A program made the position numbers and the translations under genes. The notes beneath the pieces are model-generated. The model saw nothing but the letters and a program-made list of their open reading frames with translations, was not told where the DNA came from and made no database searches. A stretch of 62,906 nucleotides of DNA, filler included, from Thraustochytrium aureum (Eukaryota): NCBI GenBank assembly GCA_012862495.1. It is 5 parts of 4 records of this genome, joined end to end, with 100 filler letters (N's around TTAATTAATTAA, not from the genome) between each part and the next. Parts side by side here need not be neighbours in the genome. Positions count along the whole stretch, not along the records: positions 18,076 to 34,693 come from BLSG01000274.1; positions 34,794 to 48,540 come from BLSG01000275.1; 3 more parts are not named here. The stretch is one strand, 5' to 3'. Below are positions 33,256 to 44,200 of this stretch, piece by piece; the stretch's first letter is position 1; the number at the start of each line of letters is the position of its first letter.

Positions 33256-34674
33256 CTATGGGGGCTTCTGCGGGACCATCCCGAGGCGCGCTGCGACCGG
33301 AAACCAAAAGGTCCCTAGCGGCGAGCAAAAGTCTCCGCAGCACGGCGTGGAGCAGGCGCGAGCGGCAGAGTCTGAGGCGAGCAAAGACTCGAGCTCAGCG
33401 CGCGAGGCGAGCCCCGCTGCCGGCCCCACGAGCAAGGCGGCGGAGGCGTTCACCTTGATGCTAAAGTGCGCGAGCTGGGCGTAGAAGAGGCGCTTCGCAA
33501 AGTTGTAAAGCTCCACGTCAAGCATGTTAACAGCGAAATACCACCGGAGCATGTTGCGGAGGCCCGGCGAGCTCCCTGCGCGCCAAGCCCCGACGCGTTG
33601 CTCAAGCCACCGGCGCGACTTGTGGTTCGAACCCTTGTGCGCGTGCGTCCCAATCGGTCGAGCAGACTTCCACATGAGGGCTTTGTTGAAGAGCAGCACA
33701 GACTCCGGATAGTGCTCGACAATCCCGACAAGGGCAAAATGGCCAGCCAGCTTGCGCTTGGCGATCGCCAAGTGCTCTGAGGAAAGCCTGCCGAACGGCA
33801 CGGCTGCGCAGTCCATCCCGCACACCGCGCGAACCTGCCAGTTGTCGGGGGCATGCAAAACCCAAGCGAGTCGCTTTGCTGCGAGCGCTGCATCGTCGCC
33901 CTCGTCAGGGCGCCCCTGCACGGCATCCTTATGGAGCTCGAGCCAGGGGCGCAGCGAGGCTTTGTCAACGGCAGCGTTCGCACCAGGCCTTTTGGAGCGC
34001 AAGGCAGCAGCGAGCTGAACGGCCTGGGTCCAGCCCATGGCAAAGTGCGACTCGAGGCGCGCCAGAGGGTTGCGCAGCATTGTCACGTAGGTGACCTCGC
34101 GCGGGGCGTGCACCTCCACCGGGAGGGCCCACTCGTTGGCGACGAGCGTCTTGCCCTTGGCCCGCATCGATGCGAGCACGGCCGCCTGCTCGCTCGGGGA
34201 TCCCGAGGCAAGCGCGACCCGTTCCCCGACGTTCTCTGCATTGCAGTTGCGCGAGAAGAACGAGTTCTCCCCGTTCACAGTGGCAACGTGGCAGAACGTC
34301 GTCCCGCCGGCCTTGTGGATGTGCAAAAACACGGCCATGCTTTGGCGACGCTTCCAGACCGTCGAGCCGCGCCCCGCGCCTGGCGGCAACAGGCTCGCGA
34401 CATCAACATCCAGGCCGTCCAACGACCTGGCCTCGCTGCTCAGCTCGGCGCGCTCGCCACGATGCGCGGCGCCCGCTTGGCGTACCATGAGGCTCGTGGA
34501 GGCCACTTCGGCCTCTTCGTCCGTCGCCGGGAGCGCTGCGCTCTCGATCTTCATCCCGATGAGCGCGAATGCGAAAGCGGAGGCGAAGCCGGCGAGCAGC
34601 AAGCCCTTCGCCGGCCGCCGCCGTCGCGGGGTTGGCGTGGCCCTTTGGGGCTGGGAGGGCTGGGAGATGGTCAT
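33256..34674 (-). CDS. Type II membrane carbohydrate sulfotransferase-like protein
   Basis: N-terminal TM (LLLAGFASAFAFALIG); 5'-PSB FLHIHKAGGTTF; 3'-PB TMLRNPLARLESHF; NMLDVELYNFAKRLF. Confidence 0.75.
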   Translation of the reverse strand: MTISQPSQPQRATPTPRRRRPAKGLLLAGFASAFAFALIGMKIESAALPATDEEAEVASTSLMVRQAGAAHRGERAELSSEARSLDGLDVDVASLLPPGAGRGSTVWKRRQSMAVFLHIHKAGGTTFCHVATVNGENSFFSRNCNAENVGERVALASGSPSEQAAVLASMRAKGKTLVANEWALPVEVHAPREVTYVTMLRNPLARLESHFAMGWTQAVQLAAALRSKRPGANAAVDKASLRPWLELHKDAVQGRPDEGDDAALAAKRLAWVLHAPDNWQVRAVCGMDCAAVPFGRLSSEHLAIAKRKLAGHFALVGIVEHYPESVLLFNKALMWKSARPIGTHAHKGSNHKSRRWLEQRVGAWRAGSSPGLRNMLRWYFAVNMLDVELYNFAKRLFYAQLAHFSIKVNASAALLVGPAAGLASRAELESLLASDSAARACSTPCCGDFCSPLGTFWFPVAARLGMVPQKPP

Positions 34675-34737
34675 GGACGAACCCGGCTGTGGCNNNNNNN
34701 NNNNNNNNNNNNNNNNNNNNNNNNNNNNNNNNNNNNN

Positions 34738-34749
34738 TTAATTAATTAA
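34738..34749. other. Artificial scaffold linker TTAATTAATTAA within Ns
   Basis: Same spacer as at 18020. Confidence 0.95.
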
Positions 34750-34793
34750 NNNNNNNNNNNNNNNNNNNNNNNNNNNNNNNNNNNNNNNNNNNN

Positions 34794-37700
34794 GGCCGAC
34801 GGCCCGGTTGGGCCGGCCTGTCCGCCGGAAAGGTCCCTTTCGAATTTTTCGAGCACCGCTTCGTACACGTCTCGGTCGAGCGGCGGCTGCAGCATCTCGC
34901 GCAAGAGCAGCTCGTTGCGGTGCTCCTCCTTGCTGAATCCCAGGAGCGTGGCATTCGCCAGGCACTCTTCCCTCAGCACTGGGATCAACAAGCGCACAAT
35001 CGTGACCTGCACCTCAACCAGACCAAACCGCTCCGAAGAGAGCAAGGAGGCCAGCAGACGCACCACGCCGTACCTAATCCACGCGCTTGGGTGGAACACG
35101 AGCGGGACCACCTTGGCGGTTACCTCGGTCATCATCGTGCTGTCCAGCAGGCCGAGCCGGACCAGCGCGTGCAAGCAGCACAGCGTGCGCTCGATCACAA
35201 GCTCTTCCACGTCTTGCAGCGCCTGGACGATGCAAGGCAGCAGAAACTGCTGCAGGGCGAGCGGCCCCACCAGAGCGCTGACCCCAGGAATGTGCTCGAA
35301 GAACGTCGCCCGCAGCTGCCAGTCGTTGCGCTCGTTGAGAAAGGTAATGAGAATGGGCAGAATGTGGCCGCTCGTCCGCTCGCGGCCGAAAAACAGGCAC
35401 AAGCGCGTGATGTCGCACAGGAGTGTGCGACGCACGACGGCAGGCTGCTCGATCATGTTGCTCACAAAGTCCAGCATCGTTTCATGCAACTCGTCGAGCT
35501 CCGCGTCAAAGTTGCCGGGCACAAGCGTCTCCAGGGCAGTGGGGTCGCGCGGCGCCGCGGCGTGGCTGACCTGGTTTGTCGAAGAGGTGGAGGTCGCCGA
35601 AGAAAAGCTGCTGGTCGCCAGACGTTCGCGGTTTGACCGCCCGGACGCCGCCGGCCCCCTGCTGCTGGCCCCAACCCGCTCAAGGTCCTGTACACGGGCC
35701 AACTCGAGGAAGCGCGCACTGGTTTCAGCTAGTCGAGGCAGGCACTCGGCCATCGCAAGCCGGCAACTGAGCACGGGGTCCGTCTTGAACCGCGATAGCG
35801 CGGGGAACAGGTACTCGGGAAAGATTCTCCGGTCCAACCGTGACAGGGACTGGACGGTTGTGAGGAGCGCCGTGAGGACGCGGAGCGCCGTTGCACGCAC
35901 ACTTGGGTCTGCGTCGCCGAGCATGAGCACGGCGTACGGCACGACTCGCTGAAGGCGCGTTTCGTCGTCGCTGAACCGACTAAACCGCTCGAGGAGGCGA
36001 AGTGCGACAATCTTTGTGCTCGGGTAGCGCACGTAGCTCACGGTGGAGCAGATGAGCGAGAGCACCAGCACCGAGCCGTTGTCACCCGGGCGTCGGCTCC
36101 CACCGCCCTCGTCGTCGTCGCGAGGCGGCGACCACTCAAACTCGTCCGACTCCATGCCTTGTACTCGCTGCATTGCAGCTGCGTGCGTTCCAAAGTGGCC
36201 TTGGAAGGCCCGCCCCCTGGCTCCAGCCCCCTCGTCGCCGCCAGGCGTCGTCTCCTTTACGCGTTTCAGTTGCAACGCGACGCTTTTGCTGGCGCGCTCG
36301 ACGGCTGCCTGCACGGCCTCGGACTGGCCCAGGTTTGCCATGTCCCGCAGGATGCGCTCTGTGTCGCAGAGCAGGTCGTGAACGACTTGTGCTTGCGACG
36401 GTTCCGTTTGCGACGATGGGCCTCCGCTTTCGCCGCAGCTGCCGCCGCCGTCCCGGCCGCGGCCTGGAGCCGGCAGTCCTGCAGCGCGCCGCGCATACTC
36501 TTGGGCTAGCGATGTACTTGGAGCCCACTGTGTCCACTCCTGAAAGCGCGAGGCAAAGTAGCGCGCCCCGCGCTCGTCGCTGGCACCGCCGCAAAGGTGC
36601 TCGAGCAACAATGCATAGTTATTACAGATGGCCCAGATGCGCTCGTCGGGAACGTCATAGTCTGAGCTCAGCAGGCGAGCCATAAACGGGTGCAAGACCA
36701 AGCCGAAGTAGCTGGGGAAGAGCTTGCCGGGACCCGAGTTGTCCGCGAGGTACGCGTCCGCGCTCTGGCGCTTGGCCGGGTCGTCCCCCAGCATGTGCTC
36801 CACCAGTGGGCGCACGCGCGGGTCGCGGAGCTTGTTCAGCTTTGAGGTGAGGTGCTTTTGGTTCTCTGCGTCCCGCTTTGCATATTTGAGAAGCTCTGCG
36901 AGGCCGAAGCAGGCCTCCCCATCCTGGAAGAGCTCCATGATCACACAGCCGGCGGAGAATATGTCCATTGAAGGGCGCAGTCGGACGGACCTGCTCGACG
37001 AGCTAAAGCTATAGCTTCTTTGCCTGCGGCCAAGCCCGCGCGGGCTCGCAGCGCTCGGCGACTGCCCGTCTGCCGCGGCGGGCTCTCCGACGCCCTCGCC
37101 AAGCGCGCGCGTCGACTCGCCCAGCGCGTGCTCGGCGTCCGAGGCCGGCACGTTTGGGTCCATCATCACACTGAGGAATGAGGCGCACTGCGGCGGGGCG
37201 GAGTCGAGAAGAGAGATGTCGATGATCGAAGTGGGCGAGCAAAACCGCTCTGGTGCCACGCAGCAGCAATCGCGCTTCGTGCTGCTCGAGAAAAAGTAGT
37301 TGAACGGCGCCGTGTCGTCCAGCGGCAAGAATGTGGGCTTGAACGGGGCAAAGTCCGTGAGAACGACCCAATTCCACGAGGTCACCAGCACGTTCTCCGA
37401 CTTGATGTCGCCGTGGACCACTTTTGCGCCGTGGCACTGGCTCATCGCACAAAGCAGCTGGTACGCGATCCAGCGCTTCTCCATGTTGTCCAGAAACGGC
37501 CGGGTAGCCTGTCTGTCGTGCAGGTTGCTGCTCAGGAACTGGCGCAGCACGAAGCAGCCCTGCTCGGTCTCACCGAGCCGGTTGTATGGCATCACGTTCG
37601 GGTGGAGCTGCGGCTGCAAGGCGTCGCGAATCGCGGCAAGCTCGCGCTTCATGTTGCTGATCCCCTTCGGATCCGTGGCGCCGGGAATCTTTTCGTACAC

Positions 37701-37859
37701 CTTGACGACGACGTCGGTGCCAGCCTTTTGGCACCGCACCGACTTGAGAAACTTGCCATTCCACAGCGTCTCCTGAAACACGTACCTCGACCCTTCAAAC
37801 TGCGCCAGCAGGTCCCGCGGGTCGCGTTCCCCGCGCGCGGTCGGCACGATGTTCCCCAT
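34794..37859 (-). CDS. VPS15: Vps15/PIK3R4 kinase-like + HEAT repeats; 3' end (WD40 region) truncated at scaffold end
   Basis: MGN myristoylation start, NLHDRQATRPFL..EKRWIAYQLL, HGDIKSENVLVTSWNW, DFAPFKPTFLP.D, MDIFSAGCVI, RLQRVVPY, IFPEYLFP, LCLFFGR, ILITFLN…DWQLRATFF. Confidence 0.92.
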
Positions 37860-38683
37860 CGTCGCCTCGCGCGAGGCGGGCGCAGGGACGCTCCTGCCGC
37901 GGCCCACGAGCCAGCCTTCGCGAGCGCCAACAACAACCGCCGCAACCCAGCNNNNNNNNNNNNNNNNNNNNNNNNNNNNNNNNNNNNNNNNNNNNNNNNN
38001 NNNNNNNNNNNNNNNNNNNNNNNNNNNNNNNNNNNNNNNNNNNNNNNNNNNNNNNNNNNNNNNNNNNNNNNNNNNNNNNNNNNNNNNNNNNNNNNNNNNN
38101 NNNNNNNNNNNNNNNNNNNNNNNNNNNNNNNNNNNNNNNNNNNNNNNNNNNNNNNNNNNNNNNNNNNNNNNNNNNNNNNNNNNNNNNNNNNNNTGTTCCC
38201 TCGAGCAGCGATCGATCGACCTTGAAGGCGGTGCACACCTTCTCATTCGCCGGAACGCGCCCAGGAAGCAGCAGAACAGCAGAACATTAGCAGAACAGGT
38301 GTGTTTTTGTTTAAATTCGCCGGAACGCGCCTCCTCTTTCGTCGAAACGCACGCACACCAGAAGACCAGTGCACATCTCAATCTGCGGAACACGCCCGCG
38401 TTCGGCGGAACGCGGGCACAAGGCCTGACAAGAACGGAGGTGTGTACCAAGTTGGGGTGTGTACGTGGAGTTGGGCGGAACGCGGCGTCTCGCTGATTGA
38501 TTGATGATCGAGCCGAAGCAGAGCCGGGCGCGAGCCGACCAGCGCGGACGTCCACGCGGCGCCGATCCGTTGACGGCGAACGGCATCGAGCGAGGGTCCG
38601 CGGCGCGCTGCTTGGCGGCTGCTTGGCCGCGGCGCTCCGGGCTGTTTTGGTTTTTTTTCGCTTGATTTGGGCGCATTTTGGCG

Positions 38684-40624
38684 ATGATTGGTCGCCCGCG
38701 AAGGGTCGGGTCGGGCGGGAGGAGCGCGCGCAGCGGCGGCGCTCGGGACAAGGTCTCGGTCGCGCTGGTGGCGTCGGCGGTGGTCGTGTTTGCGGTGTTT
38801 TTGATCGGGATTGCCGGCGTCGTGACGTTTTTGAACCAGGACTATGAGAGGGCGGCGGCAAGGAGCGGCGTGCGCGGCGTCGCGGCGCCGCAGCCGATGC
38901 CCACCGTGGACGCGAATGGGTGCTGCTTGGAGGGCACGCTGGCGTGCCTGGCGTGCAAAAAGAAGGTCTCGACGAGGCTGCTGTGCATGCGGGAGCCCGC
39001 CAGGTTTGTAAGTGGATGGCATGGACGCACACACTGCAGTTTGCTGAGCTCGACTGACCGCCGACCGACCGGCTCGCCTTCGCCTTGGCCTTGGAGACGC
39101 GCACAGGAGGACTGCCCTGAGATCCACAGCATAGCGTTGAGCGGAAATGGAGAAATCTTGCGCGCCCAGAACGGCAGAATAGTTGACGCTGACCGGATCA
39201 CCGCCGTCGCCTGGGTTCGGACGACGGTTGGCCAGAGGCGCGCCGGCACCATTCTCGCCAACCGAGTGAGCGCGTGCGGCAAGACGGGAGAGCTCGAGCG
39301 GGTCACGCAGTTTGGCTACGCTCTCAAGGTGAGCGAGACAGGCCAGGTGATCCTCACAATCGGCTCGGAGACGCAGGGGTGCATGTCGCTTTACTCTGCG
39401 GCCGGGTCTGTGCCCATCGACCAATGGGCGCACGTGGGGTTTACGTTAGACAACGAGCCAGGGGGCGGGCTCTCTGCGAGCCTCTTTGCGAACGGGGTCG
39501 AGGTTTCAACCCTGCGCGGCTCCTCTGCAAGACCGCTGCCGCGCTTCAAGTCGACGCGAAATGTATTCCACGTTGGCTCTGCGTCGGACGGCCTAGAACC
39601 GTTCGTCGGGTATATCAGCAACATTCAAGTTTACCACGGGGCCTATCGCTCGGCGCTAATCTGGCCGACGCCGACCAAGCCCTCCGAGATAGGGGCCGTG
39701 CCCGAGGTGATCGCCCCATTCTTGCTACTTCACTATTCCTTCTCGCAGGAGGATCGGGCGCAAGAGTCTGTGGTTGTGCAGGACAAGTCTGGGACGGGCC
39801 GCGACGGCATCTTCATGTCGAGCGCAATGGTTCGCAAACTCGACGTCTTTGAGCAAGACTTGGCAGCCTTCCGAGAGTTTGCTCTGAATGCCAATGAGGA
39901 GGCGACTGCCGACCAACAAGGCGGCCAAGAGACGGGGGAGGTTCGAGGGGCCGACCAAGAGGAGCAAGCCGCAGCATCCAACCAGAACCAGGCAGCGGAC
40001 CCTCCCGCAAAACCAGCGGGCGAGGCCGCGCTAGTGGTGAGAGAACCTGAGGACAAGCCGACAACGGTTGTTCAAGACACCAACGAGGTCCCGCCGCCGC
40101 TCGGCAAGCAGCCTGAGGCGCCTCCTGTGCCCGAGCCGTCGTCGCAGAGCGAGCCTGCTGCTGGGGCGGATTCCAAAACGAGCACGGCCGACGTGCCCAA
40201 GCCCGTCGCAGAAGAGACTGCAACACTTGACAAGGTACCCGACCCGGTTCCAAGTGACACCCGAGGCGTCGCGGAGTCTGGGGATGTTGCCGTTTCCGCG
40301 AACGGCGGCCAAACGAATGACGAGCGGGACACCACTCCCGAGGCCCCTCCAAGCGCTGAAAGCGCTAACAGCGAGGACGCCAGCGAACAAGCAGGTGTCG
40401 CAGCTGCCGCGGCTGAAACAGAGCAAGCGAGAATCGTGGACGTTGGCGCCGCTGATACAGAGGCTGTGAGCGAAGTGACTGAACGCTCCGCTGAGCTCGC
40501 CAAGGAAGAGCCCGCGGCAAGTCCTCCGCAAGAGCAGAGCGGCAACGAGGACCCTGCGGTCGAGAGCAACGCGCTGGCTGCCACTGCTGAGGGCGCTGAA
40601 AAGCGTGCTACTGCGCATCGTTAA
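38684..40624 (+). CDS. Type II membrane protein with LamG/concanavalin A-like domain and acidic low-complexity tail; probable 99-nt intron 39008-39106
   Basis: TM VALVASAVVVFAVFLIGIAGVVTFL; LamG-like ITAVAWVR…QWAHVGFT…LFANG…FHVG…FVGYISNIQVY…LHYSF…DKSG. Intron GTAAGT…CTGAC…CACAG keeps frame. Confidence 0.65.
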   Translation: MIGRPRRVGSGGRSARSGGARDKVSVALVASAVVVFAVFLIGIAGVVTFLNQDYERAAARSGVRGVAAPQPMPTVDANGCCLEGTLACLACKKKVSTRLLCMREPARFVSGWHGRTHCSLLSSTDRRPTGSPSPWPWRRAQEDCPEIHSIALSGNGEILRAQNGRIVDADRITAVAWVRTTVGQRRAGTILANRVSACGKTGELERVTQFGYALKVSETGQVILTIGSETQGCMSLYSAAGSVPIDQWAHVGFTLDNEPGGGLSASLFANGVEVSTLRGSSARPLPRFKSTRNVFHVGSASDGLEPFVGYISNIQVYHGAYRSALIWPTPTKPSEIGAVPEVIAPFLLLHYSFSQEDRAQESVVVQDKSGTGRDGIFMSSAMVRKLDVFEQDLAAFREFALNANEEATADQQGGQETGEVRGADQEEQAAASNQNQAADPPAKPAGEAALVVREPEDKPTTVVQDTNEVPPPLGKQPEAPPVPEPSSQSEPAAGADSKTSTADVPKPVAEETATLDKVPDPVPSDTRGVAESGDVAVSANGGQTNDERDTTPEAPPSAESANSEDASEQAGVAAAAAETEQARIVDVGAADTEAVSEVTERSAELAKEEPAASPPQEQSGNEDPAVESNALAATAEGAEKRATAHR

Positions 40625-41254
40625 AGTGCACGTTTCCGTCTTGCAAGCGCCGGGCTCGACCAAGGTCTTGCCGGGAGCTTTGTTTTCTGTGTGTTCGACG
40701 TCGCACAAAATCGCTAGCCGTGCTACTACCGTGTTCCGGGGCAAAATGGGGCCTTGGGTTGGCATTTGACACAGCAGCTTTGCTGGCACGCAACTGGCAA
40801 TCTCCTGCCCGCCGTGCAAGCTCTGCGTTTTTGCCGCAGTACCTGTGATTGTGGATTGGCGGGCTCGAGAGCTTGATTTAGATCATCGGGTTGTGGCCGT
40901 GTCGCCGTTGCCACTACATACCTACCTACTTTTGACCGCTTTAGTAGAGTACTCGCGGGGCGACCGGCTGAGCAAAAGGTGATCTCTTGACTTGAGCTCG
41001 CTTGAGTAGATGCAATCGAGAACGGCCCAAAAGCCTTTGGTCAACTCGGCGACGCCGGCCTCTATCAGCGCGTGCTCGATCAAAGACCGGGACGCAAGCA
41101 ACACGCTCATTCAACCAAAGGGAGGACTAGTACGAGAGCGGAGGGGGGTGGGTGGGGGCGCGGCCGTCGGCGACGAGCGCAGTTGCAGGTCGCGACTCGC
41201 GACGCTTTGTCCGCGCTTGCCGGTAAGAGTAGTAGTACAATTTGCAAGTGGCCT

Positions 41255-44200
41255 TTAGTCCGTAAAGCGGGGCAGGCGTCGAGGAGGCCTGGACCCTCTC
41301 ACATGAGGTGGTCCAGCACCCCGAATGTGTTTGCCAAGTACGGCGGGCAAACCCAGGTAGATTCCCCTGACTCTAGGTGGCAGTAAAAGTACGCCTGGTT
41401 GACCGGGTCCAAGTACTGGGACCACCCATCGTGCTTCTTGGACAGTTGTGAGCGCTTCCGGCGAGCGATCCACTCGAGCGCCCAGTTGGGCTCCTCCCAC
41501 TGCTCTTTTGCGTCACCAAGTTGCCCCAGAATAGCGCAAACGCCTCCTTCGCGGCGTCTGGATCGCGCATGTACGCCCACTCGCCGTCTTGCGACTCTAT
41601 GGATGAGCGCTTGAAAGCGACCGCGCCGGGCCCACCGCCGCTATACCGCCCGCCAGGGAGGCGGTTCTCCATAAAGTCCGTGTAGTTGTCCAGGACCGCC
41701 TTGTTGCCAGGGTCGAGGTCGAGCGCCTTCCGGTAGTACTTTTCAGCGGCCTCAAAGTCGCGCACCACGCACTGGTGAACTAGCGCGTAGTTGAGCCACG
41801 TGTACGCGTTGCCCGGTTGCGAGAGCACTGCGAAGAAGAAAAAGGCTTTTTGGGCCGCCTGAAACTTCTCCAGCTTGGGATCGATTCGCCGCGCCTGGTC
41901 GACCCGCTGGATGGCAAGCTCAAACGTCTTCTTCCGCGGGTAGGTGTTGTTGGCCAGCTCAAAGACCGCCGACGAGAACAGCAGCAGGGGGCTGTTGGGG
42001 GGCCATCTCCAGAGCGCGAGCATAGAGCTTCTTCGCCATAGTGTGGTTGTGGTCGCGCGTGTGGACCAGCAGCGCATAGTTTGCGAGGCTGGACAGCCTG
42101 TCCGGGTTCTTCTCAAAGTTGATCTCGCTCTGGCGCTGGAACGACAGCGCTTTGACAAGCTCGGGTAGCGTGACGCGAAACTCCTTCGCTTGGCGCTTGC
42201 GGAAGAGGCGCTGCACCAAGACCGCGGCATCCGTCTCGGACAACCACGAGGTGCGGCCAGTCAGCGCGTGATAGTAGTACACGTTGCCATCCGAGTCAAA
42301 GGACCGCTCCCAAACGTCGGGCGGGTCTGGCAGGTCGAGAGATCCCAGCAGCCGCGGCCGCTCCCACGTCACTTCGCCCGTGTCGTAGCGGACGTAGTAC
42401 CATCTGTTTGTGTTCGGGTCCCACTGCTTGCGATACGCCCTAGAGATCAGGGTTTGCACGGTCCTGCGCGACTGTCGCCGGCGCCACATGCCTTGCAGCT
42501 TGGTAGCCATGTTGCCTTCGCGGTGCTCCGCCTTGTGGCACTCGAGCATCAGCACGTCGTCGCCGCGCCGGTGAATGGCGTAGTGAGAACTCAGCGCGCA
42601 CGCGCTGCAGAGCATCAGGCGCTGCACCATCCATTGCAAAAGATCTTGCTGGTTCTCGGCCCGGAGGAGCTCGGGCGGCGTGCTGTCGGTGCTCTCGTCA
42701 AAGTCAAGCCAGCGGTGGAGCTGGTGCCTTTCGAGGTTGACAGACTTGATCCCGCATGTGCTTGGATCGTATGCGTGAAAGGTAAACTCGCCTCGAGCTT
42801 CAGTGATCGTGACGAGCTTGAGCACCTTGGACTTGTCCGTGCGCGGGACGTACACAGCTTGGACCAGCAGCTTGGTCCCCGCCTCGGTGTTGGGCTTGCG
42901 ACCGATAACGATCGCGTTTTGCCCGACACGCTTGCGGTACTGCAGTCGCTGCAGGAGATACTCGAGGAACTTTGGCTTGTAGAGCTCATCGTCACTCAGG
43001 TCGGCCTTGCTCGTAGACTCCTCGATAATGGTTCGCACGTCGTCCCGGGACACGGTGAATCGATACAGGGTTGAGTCCCGGGGGTCGTAGCACGATACAG
43101 CGACCGCGCCTTGCGTGTGGCGCATCACGGTCACAATGTTGGCCACTCCGCCGATGAGGCGCACGTGGCTATAAAGCCTCGCCGTACGCCGGGCTCGGCG
43201 GATGGAGTCTACCTCAGCTAGGTGCGCCTCGCGTGCGCGCCGGACAGAGGCGACGAGGTCCAAAAACTCGCAGCGGTCCTTGTGCGAGCGCAGTTGCTTT
43301 TGAAGGATGCGAGTGGCGCGCTGCTTGGCCTTGAAGAGCCGCCGCGCACAAGCCCCGCGGAGAAACGTCTGCGCTTTGACCGCGGCACAGTGGCGCCGGC
43401 CTTCCTCCCGCACGGCGAGTCGTTTGGCTTCCGTCCACATCAATCGCTGCGTCTCCTCCCACTTTCCAAGCACTTCTGCGCGAAACTTGTCCATTGCGTC
43501 GTCCTCGTCGAGCCAGGGGTACTGCTTGAGCGCGATTTGGGGGAGTGCAACATTGCTAAACTCTCTTCTCGTCAAGCGGCGTTCGCCCTTGGCGGTCGAC
43601 TTGGCAAAGATCAGGTCCATTTCGGTGCTCGTGACGTGGTCCTTGTTAATCCCTGGAAGCTGCTTGAGCAGCTTGACCCACTTGACGTTGTCGAGGCCCT
43701 CTCCCGCAGGGAACCAGTCCTTGCACACCATCCTGTAAATGGCATCCACAGCTTGCTCCAGGGTTACCAAAGGGCGAAAGTCTTGCTGCTGCATGTGGAA
43801 CTTGCCTTTGCCGAGCAAGGGCACCAGCACGCGCCAACTGACCGTGTAGCCGAAAAACTTTTCGTTCTGCTTGAGCTCCTCTTCGAGACGCAGAGCTCGC
43901 ATCCGCGCCTCTTGCCGCTCGCGCTCCTTCTGGAGGATCGATTTTTGCTTGGCCTTGGCATCCTCGTCAAGAATCTCAACGAGGTCAAAGCGTAGGCCCT
44001 CGCCGCTCTCCCCCCGGTAGGGCTCGTCCAGAGATAGGCCACACTCTTCGAACGGGTCTTCGAGGCGCGTCGTCAGCTTGACGACGTGTTGCTCGCCGAT
44101 GCGCACCAGTGCGCCAAGCTTTACTCTATACCGTATGTCGTTGCTCGTTGCCAAGTATGTGCTGCCTTGCTGCACAGAGACGGTGACGCCTTTCATTTCC

